The notes below the pieces were generated by a model that was given only the letters and a program-made list of their open reading frames with translations, was not told the origin of the DNA and did not search any database. Position numbers and translations under genes: made by a program. From positions 6,417 to 70,416 of the forward strand of contig JBBQQR010000006.1 of NCBI GenBank assembly GCA_038215615.1: 64,000 nt of DNA. Reading direction: 5' to 3'. The DNA is from Vulcanimicrobiales bacterium. GTDB lineage: Bacteria > Vulcanimicrobiota > Vulcanimicrobiia > Vulcanimicrobiales > Vulcanimicrobiaceae. Of the stretch, positions 50,784-60,656 are shown piece after piece. Within the stretch, counting starts at the first letter, position 1, and the number at the start of each line of letters is the position of its first letter.

Positions 50784-53700
50784 ATGCGCCGATTGCTTCT
50801 TGCGTTTGCCCTACTAGCCGCGACACCGCAGCCTTCCCCTACTCCCGGGTTCTTCGATCAGATGCGTTTTCGCAGCGTCGGTCCGGCCGTTTCAGGCGGA
50901 CGTCTGGGCGCCGTAGCGGGAACTGACGCCGACCCATCGCTCTACTATGTAGGCGCGGCCGGGGGCGGGGTCTGGCGCAGCACGAACGGCGGTCAGACGT
51001 TTTCGCCCGTTTTCGATTCGCAGCGCATCGGTTCGATCGGCGCGGTTGCAATCGATCCGCGCGATACGAAGATCGTTTGGGTGGGCACCGGAGAAGGCGC
51101 GCCGCGCAACGATGTTTCGCAAGGCGACGGCGTCTACCGCAGCGCGGACGGCGGCAGGACGTGGAGCCACGTCTTAGTTTTGGGAAATGCGCTTGTCGCG
51201 GCGATCCTTGTCGATCCGCGCGATTCCAATACGGTGCTCGTTGGGGTTCTGGGCGATCCGTTTGCGGACAACGAGGCGCGCGGAATGTACCGCACTTCCG
51301 ACGGCGGAAAAACTTGGCAGAAAACGTTGTACGTAGACGCGCGCACCGGCGCATCGGATATTGCAGCGTCCGTCAAAGAGCCTGGCGTTGTATACGGCGG
51401 AATGTGGCCGTACCGGCGAACCGGATGGAGTTCGGAGAGCGGCGGAACGCAAGGCGGGCTCTACAAATCTTCCGACTTCGGCGCAACCTGGCAAAAACTG
51501 ACCGGCAATGGATTGCCGGAGGGTGAGACAGGACGTATAGGCGTCGCGGTGGCGCCGTCGGATCCGCAGCGCGTTTACGCGCTGATCGAATCGAAGCAAG
51601 GTTTGCTTTGGCGCAGCGATGACGGCGGCGCGACTTGGAAACTCACGAGTTCGAACACGCTCATCAATGAGAGGCCTTTCTACTACACCCACGTGTTTGT
51701 CGATCCGACCAACGAAAATCATCTTTGGGCGCTTTCCGTTCACGTGGCAGCGAGCAGCGATGGCGGCAAGACGTGGAGATTGGGAGCGCGCGGCGTGCAC
51801 GGCGATAATCACGCGATGTGGATATCAAAGGACGCCAAACGCATCATTGAAGGTAATGACGGCGGCCCTTCGTTTTCATATGACGATGGCACAACGTGGC
51901 AGATGCCGCACAATTTGGCAATCGCGCAACTCTACCACATCGGGTTCGACCGGCAGAATCCCTATCACGTGTGCGCTCCGCTGCAAGATAACGGCGTGTG
52001 GTGCGCGCCCAACGACGGGTTAAGCGGCGGCATCAGCTCGAGCCAGTGGCAGAGTATGGGAGGCGGCGACGGCACCTGGGTCGTTCCCGATCCGCTCCAG
52101 CCGAAAGTCGTGTGGCTGACGAGCGGTGGCGGCAATTTCGCCGGGGAAATCAGCGTCATCGATACGCGGACCAACGAGATTCGCACCGTATCGCCGTTTC
52201 TGCACGATCAAAACGTTGTCGATCCGCGCAATCTAAAGTACCGCTTTAATTGGGAGACGCCGATTGCGTTCGATCCGTTCGATCCGCATACAGTCTACAC
52301 GGCCGGCGACGTCGTGTTTAAGACGCGCGACGCCGGGCAGCACTGGCAGGCAATAAGCCCAGACTTGACCCGGAACGCCCGCAGCCACGAAACCCTTAGC
52401 GGCGGCATTACGCTCGACGGCACGGGAGCCGAAACGTCGGAGACCATCCTTTATATAGAGCCTTCTCGCGTGAAGCGCGGACTGCTGTGGATTGGGACCG
52501 ACGACGGCTATGTTCAGCTGACGCAAGACGGCGGGAAGAGCTGGCGCAACGTTACGCCGACGGGCTTGCCTCCATTCGGACGATTTGCGAGTCTTTCGGC
52601 GTCTGTGCATAATGCCGGAGTTCTGTATGCGGTCTACGATCTGCATATGGTGGGCGACCGTGCGCCGCACGTCTTCGTAACCGCAGATTACGGGCGGCAC
52701 TGGCGCGACATCGCGGCCAACTTGCCTGCCGGGCAGGAAGTGCGCAGCGTTCGTGCCGATCCGCGAAATGCGCAACTCGTGTACGCAGGACTGGAAAATA
52801 GCCTGTGGGCCACGTTCGATGGCGGCGCGCACTGGCGCGATATCAACCTCAATCTTCCGCCGAGCTCGGTGCGCGACATTGCCGTGCAGCCGGATCGCAA
52901 CGACTTGCTGCTGGCAACGCACGGGCGCAGTGTTTGGATACTGGACGATATCTCGCCGCTTCAGAACCTTCGGACAGCGCAAAGCGCGGCTTCGGGCGTT
53001 TATCTTTTTCCGTCACGGCCTGCCACTCTGTGGAACGAGCACAGCTATTTTGGAACGCGTACCGATGGCGCGGGGCCTCCGTACGGAACGATCGTCACAT
53101 ATTATTTGAAACGTCCGGCTGCGTTTGCTCCCACGGCGGAAATCATCGACTCGTCCGGACGCATCGTGCGCCATTTCAAGGCGAAAGATCTCTCCAATCA
53201 AGCCGGCTTGAATCGCTTTTCGTGGGATATCGCCGAAGACGCGCCGCCCATCTGGAAGTTCACGCCCACATGGAACCAAGGCGGCGCCTTCAGCCAAGAG
53301 AGCGTCACGGTCTTGCCCGGCAGGTACACACTCGTTCTGCACGCCGGTGTGCCGCTGCGACGGCCGATTGTTGTTGAACAGGACCCGCGGACGCGATATC
53401 CCGCCGCGCAGTTACGCCAAAACTACGTCGCAATGAGTGAGGTCTTCGACGATTTCGGACGCGTGAACGTCGCGCTCAATGTGCTCTCTACGGTTTTAAA
53501 TGAGGCACCCTTCCGCACGGCTGCGCTCAACCAAGCGCAGAACGGAACGCTTGCGTTGCAGGTTGCAGCAGTAGCCTCACAAGCCAGGCTCTTGTTGCTT
53601 TCGATCACGCAGAACCCCGTCAACGATCAGGACGACGATTTTTTCACCGACGTTTTGCGCGAACGCTTGCAAACGCAAATGGGCACGTTCGGAGGTTCGG

Positions 53701-53918
53701 CGGGGCCGCCGACGGCCGTGCAGCTCACCGAAAATGCGGTGCTCCACGCGCTGGCCAACCAGCGCCTGCGCGCAGTGGCCGGCTTTGAAGCCGGCGCGCT
53801 GCGCCAGGTCGACGCGGCATTGCGTGCGGCGAAATTGCCTCTGCTGACGACGCTCACCCAACAGCCCAAGATTTACGACGAAGCTGTAGGCGGGCGCCGC
53901 GGAGACGACTCGCTTTAG
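50784..53918 (+). CDS. Secreted sortilin/VPS10-like BNR (Asp-box) repeat protein
   Basis: 1044 aa with a signal peptide and many Asp-box repeats (RSTNGGQTF, RSADGGRTW, RTSDGGKTW, KSSDFGATW, RSDDGGATW, ASSDGGKTW, YDDGTTW, TRDAGQHW, TQDGGKSW, TADYGRHW, TFDGGAHW). Confidence 0.88.
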   Translation: MRRLLLAFALLAATPQPSPTPGFFDQMRFRSVGPAVSGGRLGAVAGTDADPSLYYVGAAGGGVWRSTNGGQTFSPVFDSQRIGSIGAVAIDPRDTKIVWVGTGEGAPRNDVSQGDGVYRSADGGRTWSHVLVLGNALVAAILVDPRDSNTVLVGVLGDPFADNEARGMYRTSDGGKTWQKTLYVDARTGASDIAASVKEPGVVYGGMWPYRRTGWSSESGGTQGGLYKSSDFGATWQKLTGNGLPEGETGRIGVAVAPSDPQRVYALIESKQGLLWRSDDGGATWKLTSSNTLINERPFYYTHVFVDPTNENHLWALSVHVAASSDGGKTWRLGARGVHGDNHAMWISKDAKRIIEGNDGGPSFSYDDGTTWQMPHNLAIAQLYHIGFDRQNPYHVCAPLQDNGVWCAPNDGLSGGISSSQWQSMGGGDGTWVVPDPLQPKVVWLTSGGGNFAGEISVIDTRTNEIRTVSPFLHDQNVVDPRNLKYRFNWETPIAFDPFDPHTVYTAGDVVFKTRDAGQHWQAISPDLTRNARSHETLSGGITLDGTGAETSETILYIEPSRVKRGLLWIGTDDGYVQLTQDGGKSWRNVTPTGLPPFGRFASLSASVHNAGVLYAVYDLHMVGDRAPHVFVTADYGRHWRDIAANLPAGQEVRSVRADPRNAQLVYAGLENSLWATFDGGAHWRDINLNLPPSSVRDIAVQPDRNDLLLATHGRSVWILDDISPLQNLRTAQSAASGVYLFPSRPATLWNEHSYFGTRTDGAGPPYGTIVTYYLKRPAAFAPTAEIIDSSGRIVRHFKAKDLSNQAGLNRFSWDIAEDAPPIWKFTPTWNQGGAFSQESVTVLPGRYTLVLHAGVPLRRPIVVEQDPRTRYPAAQLRQNYVAMSEVFDDFGRVNVALNVLSTVLNEAPFRTAALNQAQNGTLALQVAAVASQARLLLLSITQNPVNDQDDDFFTDVLRERLQTQMGTFGGSAGPPTAVQLTENAVLHALANQRLRAVAGFEAGALRQVDAALRAAKLPLLTTLTQQPKIYDEAVGGRRGDDSL

Positions 53919-53964
53919 GCGACAGCCGCCGGTACGACAGCGAGCATACGCTGCAAGGGTGGCA

Positions 53965-54035
53965 GCTGTATGGCACCGTGCGCGAACCGTACTGCAATTG
54001 CTGTATGGTTCAAATGTCACGGTGCCGCTTAATAT
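53965..54035 (+). promoter_or_regulatory. Repeat-structured leader or promoter region upstream of the first STAND-LuxR gene
   Basis: Direct 9-mer GCTGTATGG at 53965 and 54000. Perfect 9-bp inverted repeat GGCACCGTG (53972-80) / CACGGTGCC (54017-25). A possible TTCAAA-N15-TAATAT (54009-54035). Confidence 0.3.
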
Positions 54036-54106
54036 CTTTACAGAGCCTCTCCCAGGTGTGGCCGTCGTCGCGGAGGGGCTCCAAAGTTTTCGTCGTAGGT
54101 CGCGGT

Positions 54107-56743
54107 GTGACGCGGCTGGCCGACGCTGCACGACCCGCCGGACCGGCAACATTTTCGCCGATCGTTCGTCCGCGAATATCGCAGCGCATCGACGCAGCCG
54201 CTGCCGGCCGAATCGTCCTGATTGTCGCCCCTGCCGGATACGGAAAATCCCTGGCGCTGTCGCATTGGCTGGAGTGCCAGCCGCGCCGGCCCGTGCGCTT
54301 CGACGTGCAAACCGAACACGATACGCTGCTCGGGTTTGTGCGCGGAATTGCGGATGCGTTCTTCCAGTTCCCCGCGTTGCGGAAGACCGTGGCGACCGCA
54401 TTTCAAAACAGCGCGTCGGCTGCGGCGCCGGGAATTGAAATGGCTCGCTGGATGGCAGCCCATCTTGAGGCATTTGAGGGTACCGTCGCCATCGACGATT
54501 TTCACCGCGCGAGCGAGGATGTCGAGGTTTCGCGGTTCGTCGCCTCTCTGATCGCCCGAACGAAGCCGCGGGTACAGTGGGTGCTGGCCACGCGCTCGAC
54601 ATTAGATCTGCCGGTCGCGAGTTGGCTTGCTTACGGCGAAGCGCATTTCGTCATCGGCGATCGCGATCTGCGCTTCTTAGACGACGAAGCGCTCGAGCTT
54701 TCCCAAGGCGCAGGGCAAGTCTGGTCGCCGCGGGCGCTTCGGGGCGTGATGGACGCGACGTCGGGTTGGCCCGTCGCATTGGGGCTTGCGCTGCGAAGCA
54801 CGAGCGTATTGAACGGCGCCGATCTTTCACACTCTACGCGCGAGGTACTGTTCCAATACCTGGCGGAGCAAGTCTATGCCGACCTTTCGCCGGAAGAGCG
54901 CGAGCTGTTGCATTTTGCCGCATACTTACCGTCGATCGATATCGGCGTTCTCGAAGTTGCCGGCTATCGCACCAGTGCGAGAATGTTGGAAACAGTCCGA
55001 CGAAGAGCGACATTTCTTTCGCTCGAATCCCCGGGCAGATACAAGTGCCACGATCTATTTCGCGAATTCTTGCGAAGTCAGTTCGAACTGAATGATCCGG
55101 CGGAGGCGAAATGCTCACAGGAGAAGGCGGCCTCAGCTTTGGAGCGGAGCAGCGATGTTGTCGCAGCGTTGCGCCTCTACTCGAAGCTACATGCGACACC
55201 CGCGATTTTGCGGATCCTGCGCGAGCACGGCTTTAACCTAATGGATCACTCTCACGGTGATGTTGTAGAAAGCGCGCTGCAAGCGGTGCCGCCGAACGTG
55301 CGATCTGCCGACGCCATCATCCTCGGCTTGCGCGCCCAACGTGCCGCCGATGCCGGACACTTGGAGCGCGCCGAAGCGCTGTTCAGGCGTGCGCTAGACT
55401 CCACGAAGGATACCGACGCGCGCCTAACACTTGCGGTCTCTTTCGCGGTTTTGCAAAGGAACCAATCGCGCTCCGTTAATGAGATTCTTGGTCCCCTAGA
55501 CGCATCTGCGGGGCGACTTGAGTTGCGAGCCGAGATGGCTGCCTTGCTCGCGACCGACAGCGCGCTGTCAAACGAACAAAATAGCGCTAAGGAAAGGGTC
55601 GCGGCGGCAGAGCAGTTCTGCGCGCTTATTGAATCGCAGGAGGTTCGCGCCAAGCTACTTTTGCGAATCGGAATCGCTAAAATGACGCTGGGCTACGCTG
55701 CTGACGAAGTGCTGTCAGGATTGTCAGAGGCCGCTACCTTAGCGGAAAGAATTGGGATGCTTGGCATCGCGGCTAGAGCATATAATGTTCTGGGCATGGC
55801 GCAGTTGTTCTGTCTAAACGCGCCGGACAAAACACTAGAATCCGAAAAGAAAGGTGCAATTGCCGCCATAAAGAGCGCCGATCGCTTTGCCCTACAAGCT
55901 TCAATTACATGCTCAATTACGGCGGAAACAAACCTTGGAAATGCGCGGGCATTAGAACCGTTGCTATCGCGCCTTAGCGACGCTGCCATATCGGACGCGG
56001 AACGGCTGCGCTCCATTAGATCTTACACGCGAGCCACGATTTGTGCTTGGAATGGGCATCTTCAAGACGCCGTCGTGCTGATGGGCGACCTAGTGTCAAA
56101 TAATTACGGTTATTATGATTTCGACCAACTGTTCAACATGGCAAGCCATGCTTTATTTGCGGCGGCATGCGACGATATTTCGGCGAGCAGGAAGCTGCTG
56201 GTTGCCGCGGCCGAAAAAAGCAGGCACTGTAAAGTTCCACATGCGTACGCCAAAGCGAAATGGGGCGTTGCAACCGTGTTTTGTGCAACCGCGGAATATC
56301 TAAACGGCCGTCGACAACGCGCTGGGGAATTACTGAAAACGTTACCGATGGACTCCCCTGCGTCCGTGATGCGCCTAAGCGAGACGCTAAATGTATTTTT
56401 ACAGGGAGGTAGCGATTGGAACGATGACGTGTCGACCTTAGTAAAATCAGTCGCGGGCGGATACACCGGTGCAGCTCGGACGCTTGAGGCGTGCATGAAG
56501 TATTGGGCGGCTCTACACGGTGTGGGCGCTCGGCCAAGTGGCGCCTTGACGCCGGCTGAACGACGCGTATTGTTTGATTTAGAAGCGGGGGAAAGTCCCA
56601 AGGAAATTGCTGCTCGCACGGGGCGGAGTATTCACACGATTCGAACGTTGATTCAGCGATCTATTCAGAAGCTTGGTTGTCAGGGACGTCATGAGGCTTT
56701 GGCGATGGCTCGACGGTCCGGAGTATTCACGATAGATCTCTAG
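54107..56743 (+). CDS. MalT/LAL-type STAND ATPase with C-terminal LuxR HTH (paralogue 1)
   Basis: Walker A IVLIVAPAGYGKSLALSHWL, Walker B VAIDDFH, TSGWPVALGLAL, helical/TPR-like middle, C-terminal LTPAERRVLFDLEAGESPKEIAARTGRSIHTIRTLIQRSIQKLG. GTG 54107 gives 878 aa, matching the 880-aa paralogue. The stretch 53978-54106 contains rare codons (tta ata tct tta). Confidence 0.85.
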   Translation: MTRLADAARPAGPATFSPIVRPRISQRIDAAAAGRIVLIVAPAGYGKSLALSHWLECQPRRPVRFDVQTEHDTLLGFVRGIADAFFQFPALRKTVATAFQNSASAAAPGIEMARWMAAHLEAFEGTVAIDDFHRASEDVEVSRFVASLIARTKPRVQWVLATRSTLDLPVASWLAYGEAHFVIGDRDLRFLDDEALELSQGAGQVWSPRALRGVMDATSGWPVALGLALRSTSVLNGADLSHSTREVLFQYLAEQVYADLSPEERELLHFAAYLPSIDIGVLEVAGYRTSARMLETVRRRATFLSLESPGRYKCHDLFREFLRSQFELNDPAEAKCSQEKAASALERSSDVVAALRLYSKLHATPAILRILREHGFNLMDHSHGDVVESALQAVPPNVRSADAIILGLRAQRAADAGHLERAEALFRRALDSTKDTDARLTLAVSFAVLQRNQSRSVNEILGPLDASAGRLELRAEMAALLATDSALSNEQNSAKERVAAAEQFCALIESQEVRAKLLLRIGIAKMTLGYAADEVLSGLSEAATLAERIGMLGIAARAYNVLGMAQLFCLNAPDKTLESEKKGAIAAIKSADRFALQASITCSITAETNLGNARALEPLLSRLSDAAISDAERLRSIRSYTRATICAWNGHLQDAVVLMGDLVSNNYGYYDFDQLFNMASHALFAAACDDISASRKLLVAAAEKSRHCKVPHAYAKAKWGVATVFCATAEYLNGRRQRAGELLKTLPMDSPASVMRLSETLNVFLQGGSDWNDDVSTLVKSVAGGYTGAARTLEACMKYWAALHGVGARPSGALTPAERRVLFDLEAGESPKEIAARTGRSIHTIRTLIQRSIQKLGCQGRHEALAMARRSGVFTIDL

Positions 56744-56791
56744 CATGTTGCATCTGGAGGAGCAGACCAGAGCACGCCTAAGGCATCCGTA

Positions 56792-59434
56792 ATGATTAGG
56801 CCAGTCAGGGCAGATGGCCACGTGGAGCGAGGCGGGATCTTTACTCCGGTTGTTCGGCCGCGAGTCATCGACAGAATTGCGTCCGCGGCCTCTCAGAGGG
56901 TTGTTCTGGTTGTTGCTCCCGCCGGCTACGGTAAATCACTTGCCGTCGGCCAATACCTGGACACCTCGAGTGAGCCCTACGTGCGTTTTGATGCTAAGCC
57001 TGAACACGCGCGTCTGTTAGGATTCCTTCGTGGTTTTGCCGATGCGCTGTCGACAGTTACTGTGGATGCGCGGCGAACGCTCAAGGCCGCCTACGAAGCA
57101 AGTTGCCCGTCAAGAACGCAGGGCGCGGATCTAGCGATGTGGATGCATTCGCACATCAAGAGCTATTCGGGGTTAATTGTAATCGATGATTTGCATGTTA
57201 CTGAGGCAGATTGTGAAGTAACAGAGTTTTTATCCACCTTGGTCGCTCTCTCGCGTGGACGTACGAGATGGCTGCTCGCGTCAAGATCTACACTAGATTT
57301 ACCGGTTGGTTCGTGGCTGGCATACGGCGACATGGATCTGACAATCGATGAGCATGATCTGCGATTCACGCTGGAAGAGGCGCGACAGGCTGGGAAGGCC
57401 GCGCGCGTCACCGTCCGGGATGAAGAGCTTGAACAGCTATTGCTGATGACGCAAGGCTGGCCAACCGCGTTAAGTTTCGCTTTGCGTTCATCGACGAGAT
57501 CCGTAGATCTCAAGAATATCCAGGCAAACACGTTGGAAATGGTGTACCGTTATCTCGCCGAGCAAGTATATCGGGGCCTAAATAGTGAAGAGCGAGATTT
57601 ACTGCACTTTATCTCGTACCTCGACGAAATAGACATTCCTGTGCTTCGCAAAGCCGGCTATACGCACGCCAAGCGCATTATCGAGAGTCTCCGAGATCGG
57701 GTTGCGTTTATATATTCGGATAAGCCATCGATTTATGGTTGCCACGATTTGTTTCGTGGATTCCTTCGGCATCAGCTCGAGTTAAGTGGGGACGCAGCCG
57801 TTCTTGCCACTCAATTGAAGGCGGCGCGAGCGCTTGAAGCGGTTAACAATGTCCCGGCCGCGCTTCGAATATTCGCGCAAGCGCTTTCTGCAGATGACGT
57901 CTTGCGGTTGCTCGAAACCCATGGTTTGGAACTCGCGGAGCAGGGTCACGGCGATGTAGTACAAGTTGTCCTCACAATCGTACCTCATGACATACGTGCC
58001 AAAAATCCCTACGTGTTGGGTATTCGCGGAATCGTGATGGGAGATGCCGGTAGGCTTGATCGTGCCGAATCACTCCTGCAGCGAGCCATCGCAGGCGCTA
58101 AAGACGTAGCTTTAAGAGCAACGCTCGCCATAAAACTAGCTTTAATTCTCGCGAACCAGATGAAAGAAACAGCTAGCGTCCTGGAGCCTCTAAAGTCCGA
58201 ACCACTTTCGAAGAATTTGCGTAGCGAGGTTCTCAGTCTTCTCGCGATTGCGTATGCGTACGCCGCTCGGCCAGAACAGGCGGAAGAGGCGGCACGTGAG
58301 GCGGAGCTTTTGGCGTCTGAGCTAGACAATGACCAAGATCGCGCGAAGGTGTTTCACCGTATCGCAATTGCGGAAGCTCGACTGGGCTTGCCTTTTGAGA
58401 AAGTGCTTGCTATGCAGGAACGAGCGGCTAGCCTTGCTTCAGAGCAGGGTTTGTTTGGTTTGGCAGGGCGTTGTTTTTCATCGTTGGCTAGCATCGCGCT
58501 TTTCTACGAAGGCGATATTACAAGAGAAATTTGGTATGCCCAGCAGGCATCTACGGCGTCGATGAAAGCCGGCGATCGAATAAATTTGCAGACGGCCCTA
58601 CTGCAGTTAATTGATATCGAGGGTCGGCGCGGCGATGCCGAGCGAATTCTGACGCTGGAAAAGCAGCTCGCCGCCGTAGCTACGACAGACGCAAACCGGC
58701 TTGTGTACGTGGTTCCGGTTCGCGCTCTATTTGCCGCATGGCAGGGAAAGTTTGATGAAGCGCACCGTCTTATGGCGACTGTCGCCGGCAATGCCCGCTT
58801 CTTTGATTTCGATCGCGCCCTCAATGCTGCGATCGATGCCGTACTTTTATTGGCCGACGGTCGGCGCGAGGAGGCTCTCGCCGCCACTTCTCAGGCGCTG
58901 GCGGAGATCGAAAAGGGAGTATCGCCTTTGCCGCACGCAAGGCGTCAGAACGAAATAGCAAAACTGTTCTGTTGTATAGTAGAAAGCCTCGCAGGTCGTC
59001 AGTTAAATGCTCAGCGGCTTCTACGTGTTAAGCCACTGACTCACGGCCCGGCGGTTCAGGCTTTTCGAAATGCTGCAGCGGCCGTCTTGCGGATGAATAA
59101 AACCGATTGTGTAGACACGCTGACGGAACACTTCGAGGGTATCTCACTCGCTGGCTACGGCGGCTTCGCGCGTGTTCTGGGACTGGCAATAGAGAAGATT
59201 CTGAACTCTGGTGCGAGTGACGAGGAATTGACTCAGACCCAGATCCAGATCTTGGAGGCTTTAGCTTTGGGCCGGACCCCTAAAGAAATCGCCCGCGAGA
59301 GCGAGCGGAGCCTTTACACTATCCAAACACATATCCAGAACATCATAAAACGGCTCGGGTGCAGCGGTAGGCACGAAGCGCTTGTAATTGCTCGTGCGCG
59401 CGGTCTACTGAACGACGCCGGCGCACCATCCTGA
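56792..59434 (+). CDS. MalT/LAL-type STAND ATPase with C-terminal LuxR HTH (paralogue 2)
   Basis: VVLVVAPAGYGKSLAVGQYL, IVIDDLH, TQGWPTALSFAL, C-terminal LTQTQIQILEALALGRTPKEIARESERSLYTIQTHIQNIIKRLG. The gene lies entirely in a low-GC segment. Confidence 0.87.
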   Translation: MIRPVRADGHVERGGIFTPVVRPRVIDRIASAASQRVVLVVAPAGYGKSLAVGQYLDTSSEPYVRFDAKPEHARLLGFLRGFADALSTVTVDARRTLKAAYEASCPSRTQGADLAMWMHSHIKSYSGLIVIDDLHVTEADCEVTEFLSTLVALSRGRTRWLLASRSTLDLPVGSWLAYGDMDLTIDEHDLRFTLEEARQAGKAARVTVRDEELEQLLLMTQGWPTALSFALRSSTRSVDLKNIQANTLEMVYRYLAEQVYRGLNSEERDLLHFISYLDEIDIPVLRKAGYTHAKRIIESLRDRVAFIYSDKPSIYGCHDLFRGFLRHQLELSGDAAVLATQLKAARALEAVNNVPAALRIFAQALSADDVLRLLETHGLELAEQGHGDVVQVVLTIVPHDIRAKNPYVLGIRGIVMGDAGRLDRAESLLQRAIAGAKDVALRATLAIKLALILANQMKETASVLEPLKSEPLSKNLRSEVLSLLAIAYAYAARPEQAEEAAREAELLASELDNDQDRAKVFHRIAIAEARLGLPFEKVLAMQERAASLASEQGLFGLAGRCFSSLASIALFYEGDITREIWYAQQASTASMKAGDRINLQTALLQLIDIEGRRGDAERILTLEKQLAAVATTDANRLVYVVPVRALFAAWQGKFDEAHRLMATVAGNARFFDFDRALNAAIDAVLLLADGRREEALAATSQALAEIEKGVSPLPHARRQNEIAKLFCCIVESLAGRQLNAQRLLRVKPLTHGPAVQAFRNAAAAVLRMNKTDCVDTLTEHFEGISLAGYGGFARVLGLAIEKILNSGASDEELTQTQIQILEALALGRTPKEIARESERSLYTIQTHIQNIIKRLGCSGRHEALVIARARGLLNDAGAPS

Positions 59435-59667
59435 CGGCCAACGGCATACTGATCTTTAATTAGAGACCTAAAGCGCAGTCCGGGCTATTCTAAGAGCTAA
59501 TCACACGAGTTTCTCAAGGAGCATTTGAAGTGGATTCTCTTGTCTTAGCTATAGAACTTATTTTTGTCGGTACCGTCCCCCCGACAATCGGATAGTCGGG
59601 CACCACCCTGACCGTATATACGCGAATTAGTTCGCTCGGATCGGACCTATCGCTGCTTACAAAGGCC

Positions 59668-60576
59668 GTGATCGAGCAGCTCCAAGATCCGACGTTGGTG
59701 GGAGATCCGGGCCTGGAAAGGTCGATTGAGGCGCTCCTCGATCGGCTTTGCATGTCGGTCAACCTCTCGAAACCCGTCGGTTTGAGCAATTGGGCGGTGC
59801 GCGAGGGGAACCGGTTGGGGACGGCACGCGCGAGCGAACTCGCGTCAGCTGCCCTTCATGTCGTGGCCGGCGAGGCCGCCCGTTTCGATCTCGACCACGG
59901 GCGGCTCTTGGCGTTCATGGAGGTGTTGCGCTCCGAGATCGTCTCGGAGTTAGCGTGGCACAAAAATGGAAAGCCTGAAGAACCGGCCGAATACTCCGAG
60001 AGCACTCGCGCGTTATTGGCAATGTTAGGCGAACGGGACTCGGCGACGTGCTGCCATTCCCGCGCAACGGGCGAATGGGCGCGCCGTCTGTGCGCCGCGA
60101 TGGCAATTCTGCCTGAGAAAGCGGAATTGATAAAACTTTGCGCAGTATTGCACGACATCGGCAAAATTTCCACGCCCGAGGCCATTCTTTTCAAACGCGG
60201 CACGTTTACGGAAGACGAGTGGGCGATCATGCGCGACCATTCGGCCGCCGGACAGCGCGTTCTGGATCAAATACCGACCCTGGCAAAATGCGCCCTGATC
60301 GTCAGAGCGCATCACGAGCGCTGGGACGGCACCGGCTATCCCGACGGCTTAGCGGGCGAAAACATTCCGTTTGAAGCGCGCGTCGTCGCCGTGGCGGACG
60401 CCTTTCATGCGATGATTAGTGAGCGTCCGTACCGCAAGGCTATACCTCCGCGTCAGGCCCTGGAGATATTGGAGGCGGGCCGCGGCACACAATGGGATGC
60501 CGGCGTTGTCGACGCGATGCTAGGCTTATTTCGAAAGTCACGTGAGCGCCACGAGGTCCGCGCTTCGAGCGCATAG
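59668..60576 (+). CDS. HD-GYP domain protein (putative c-di-GMP phosphodiesterase)
   Basis: HDIGKISTPEAILFKRG, HHERWDGTGYPDGL and VVAVADAFHAMISERPYRKA are canonical HD-GYP motifs. GTG start. Confidence 0.9.
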   Translation: MIEQLQDPTLVGDPGLERSIEALLDRLCMSVNLSKPVGLSNWAVREGNRLGTARASELASAALHVVAGEAARFDLDHGRLLAFMEVLRSEIVSELAWHKNGKPEEPAEYSESTRALLAMLGERDSATCCHSRATGEWARRLCAAMAILPEKAELIKLCAVLHDIGKISTPEAILFKRGTFTEDEWAIMRDHSAAGQRVLDQIPTLAKCALIVRAHHERWDGTGYPDGLAGENIPFEARVVAVADAFHAMISERPYRKAIPPRQALEILEAGRGTQWDAGVVDAMLGLFRKSRERHEVRASSA

Positions 60577-60601
60577 GCACCGCTATTCCGGGTAGTGGGC
60601 T

Positions 60602-60634
60602 GGGCGCACCGAAAGGTGCGCCCTTCATTTTTTT
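60602..60634 (+). terminator. Rho-independent terminator after the HD-GYP gene
   Basis: GGGCGCACC-GAAA-GGTGCGCCC (a 9-bp stem with a GNRA loop) followed by TTCATTTTTTT. Confidence 0.85.
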
Positions 60635-60656
60635 GTGCCAACCAGTTGGCACTCAG

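Noticed and set aside
47275-59434. The three STAND ATPases as an Avs-like or other NLR-type antiphage defence system.
   Set aside because: All three end in DNA-binding output domains (wHTH+BTAD or LuxR HTH) and have the MalT-type core motifs. No nuclease, protease, TIR, Sir2 or pore-forming effector domain is present, so they fit transcription regulators better.
59564-59587. The hairpin TTGTCGG-N10-CCGACAA in the low-GC spacer, as a terminator.
   Set aside because: On the + strand the T-run precedes the stem rather than following it, and on the - strand the stem is followed by A residues. With a short 7-bp stem, it is not a convincing intrinsic terminator in either direction.
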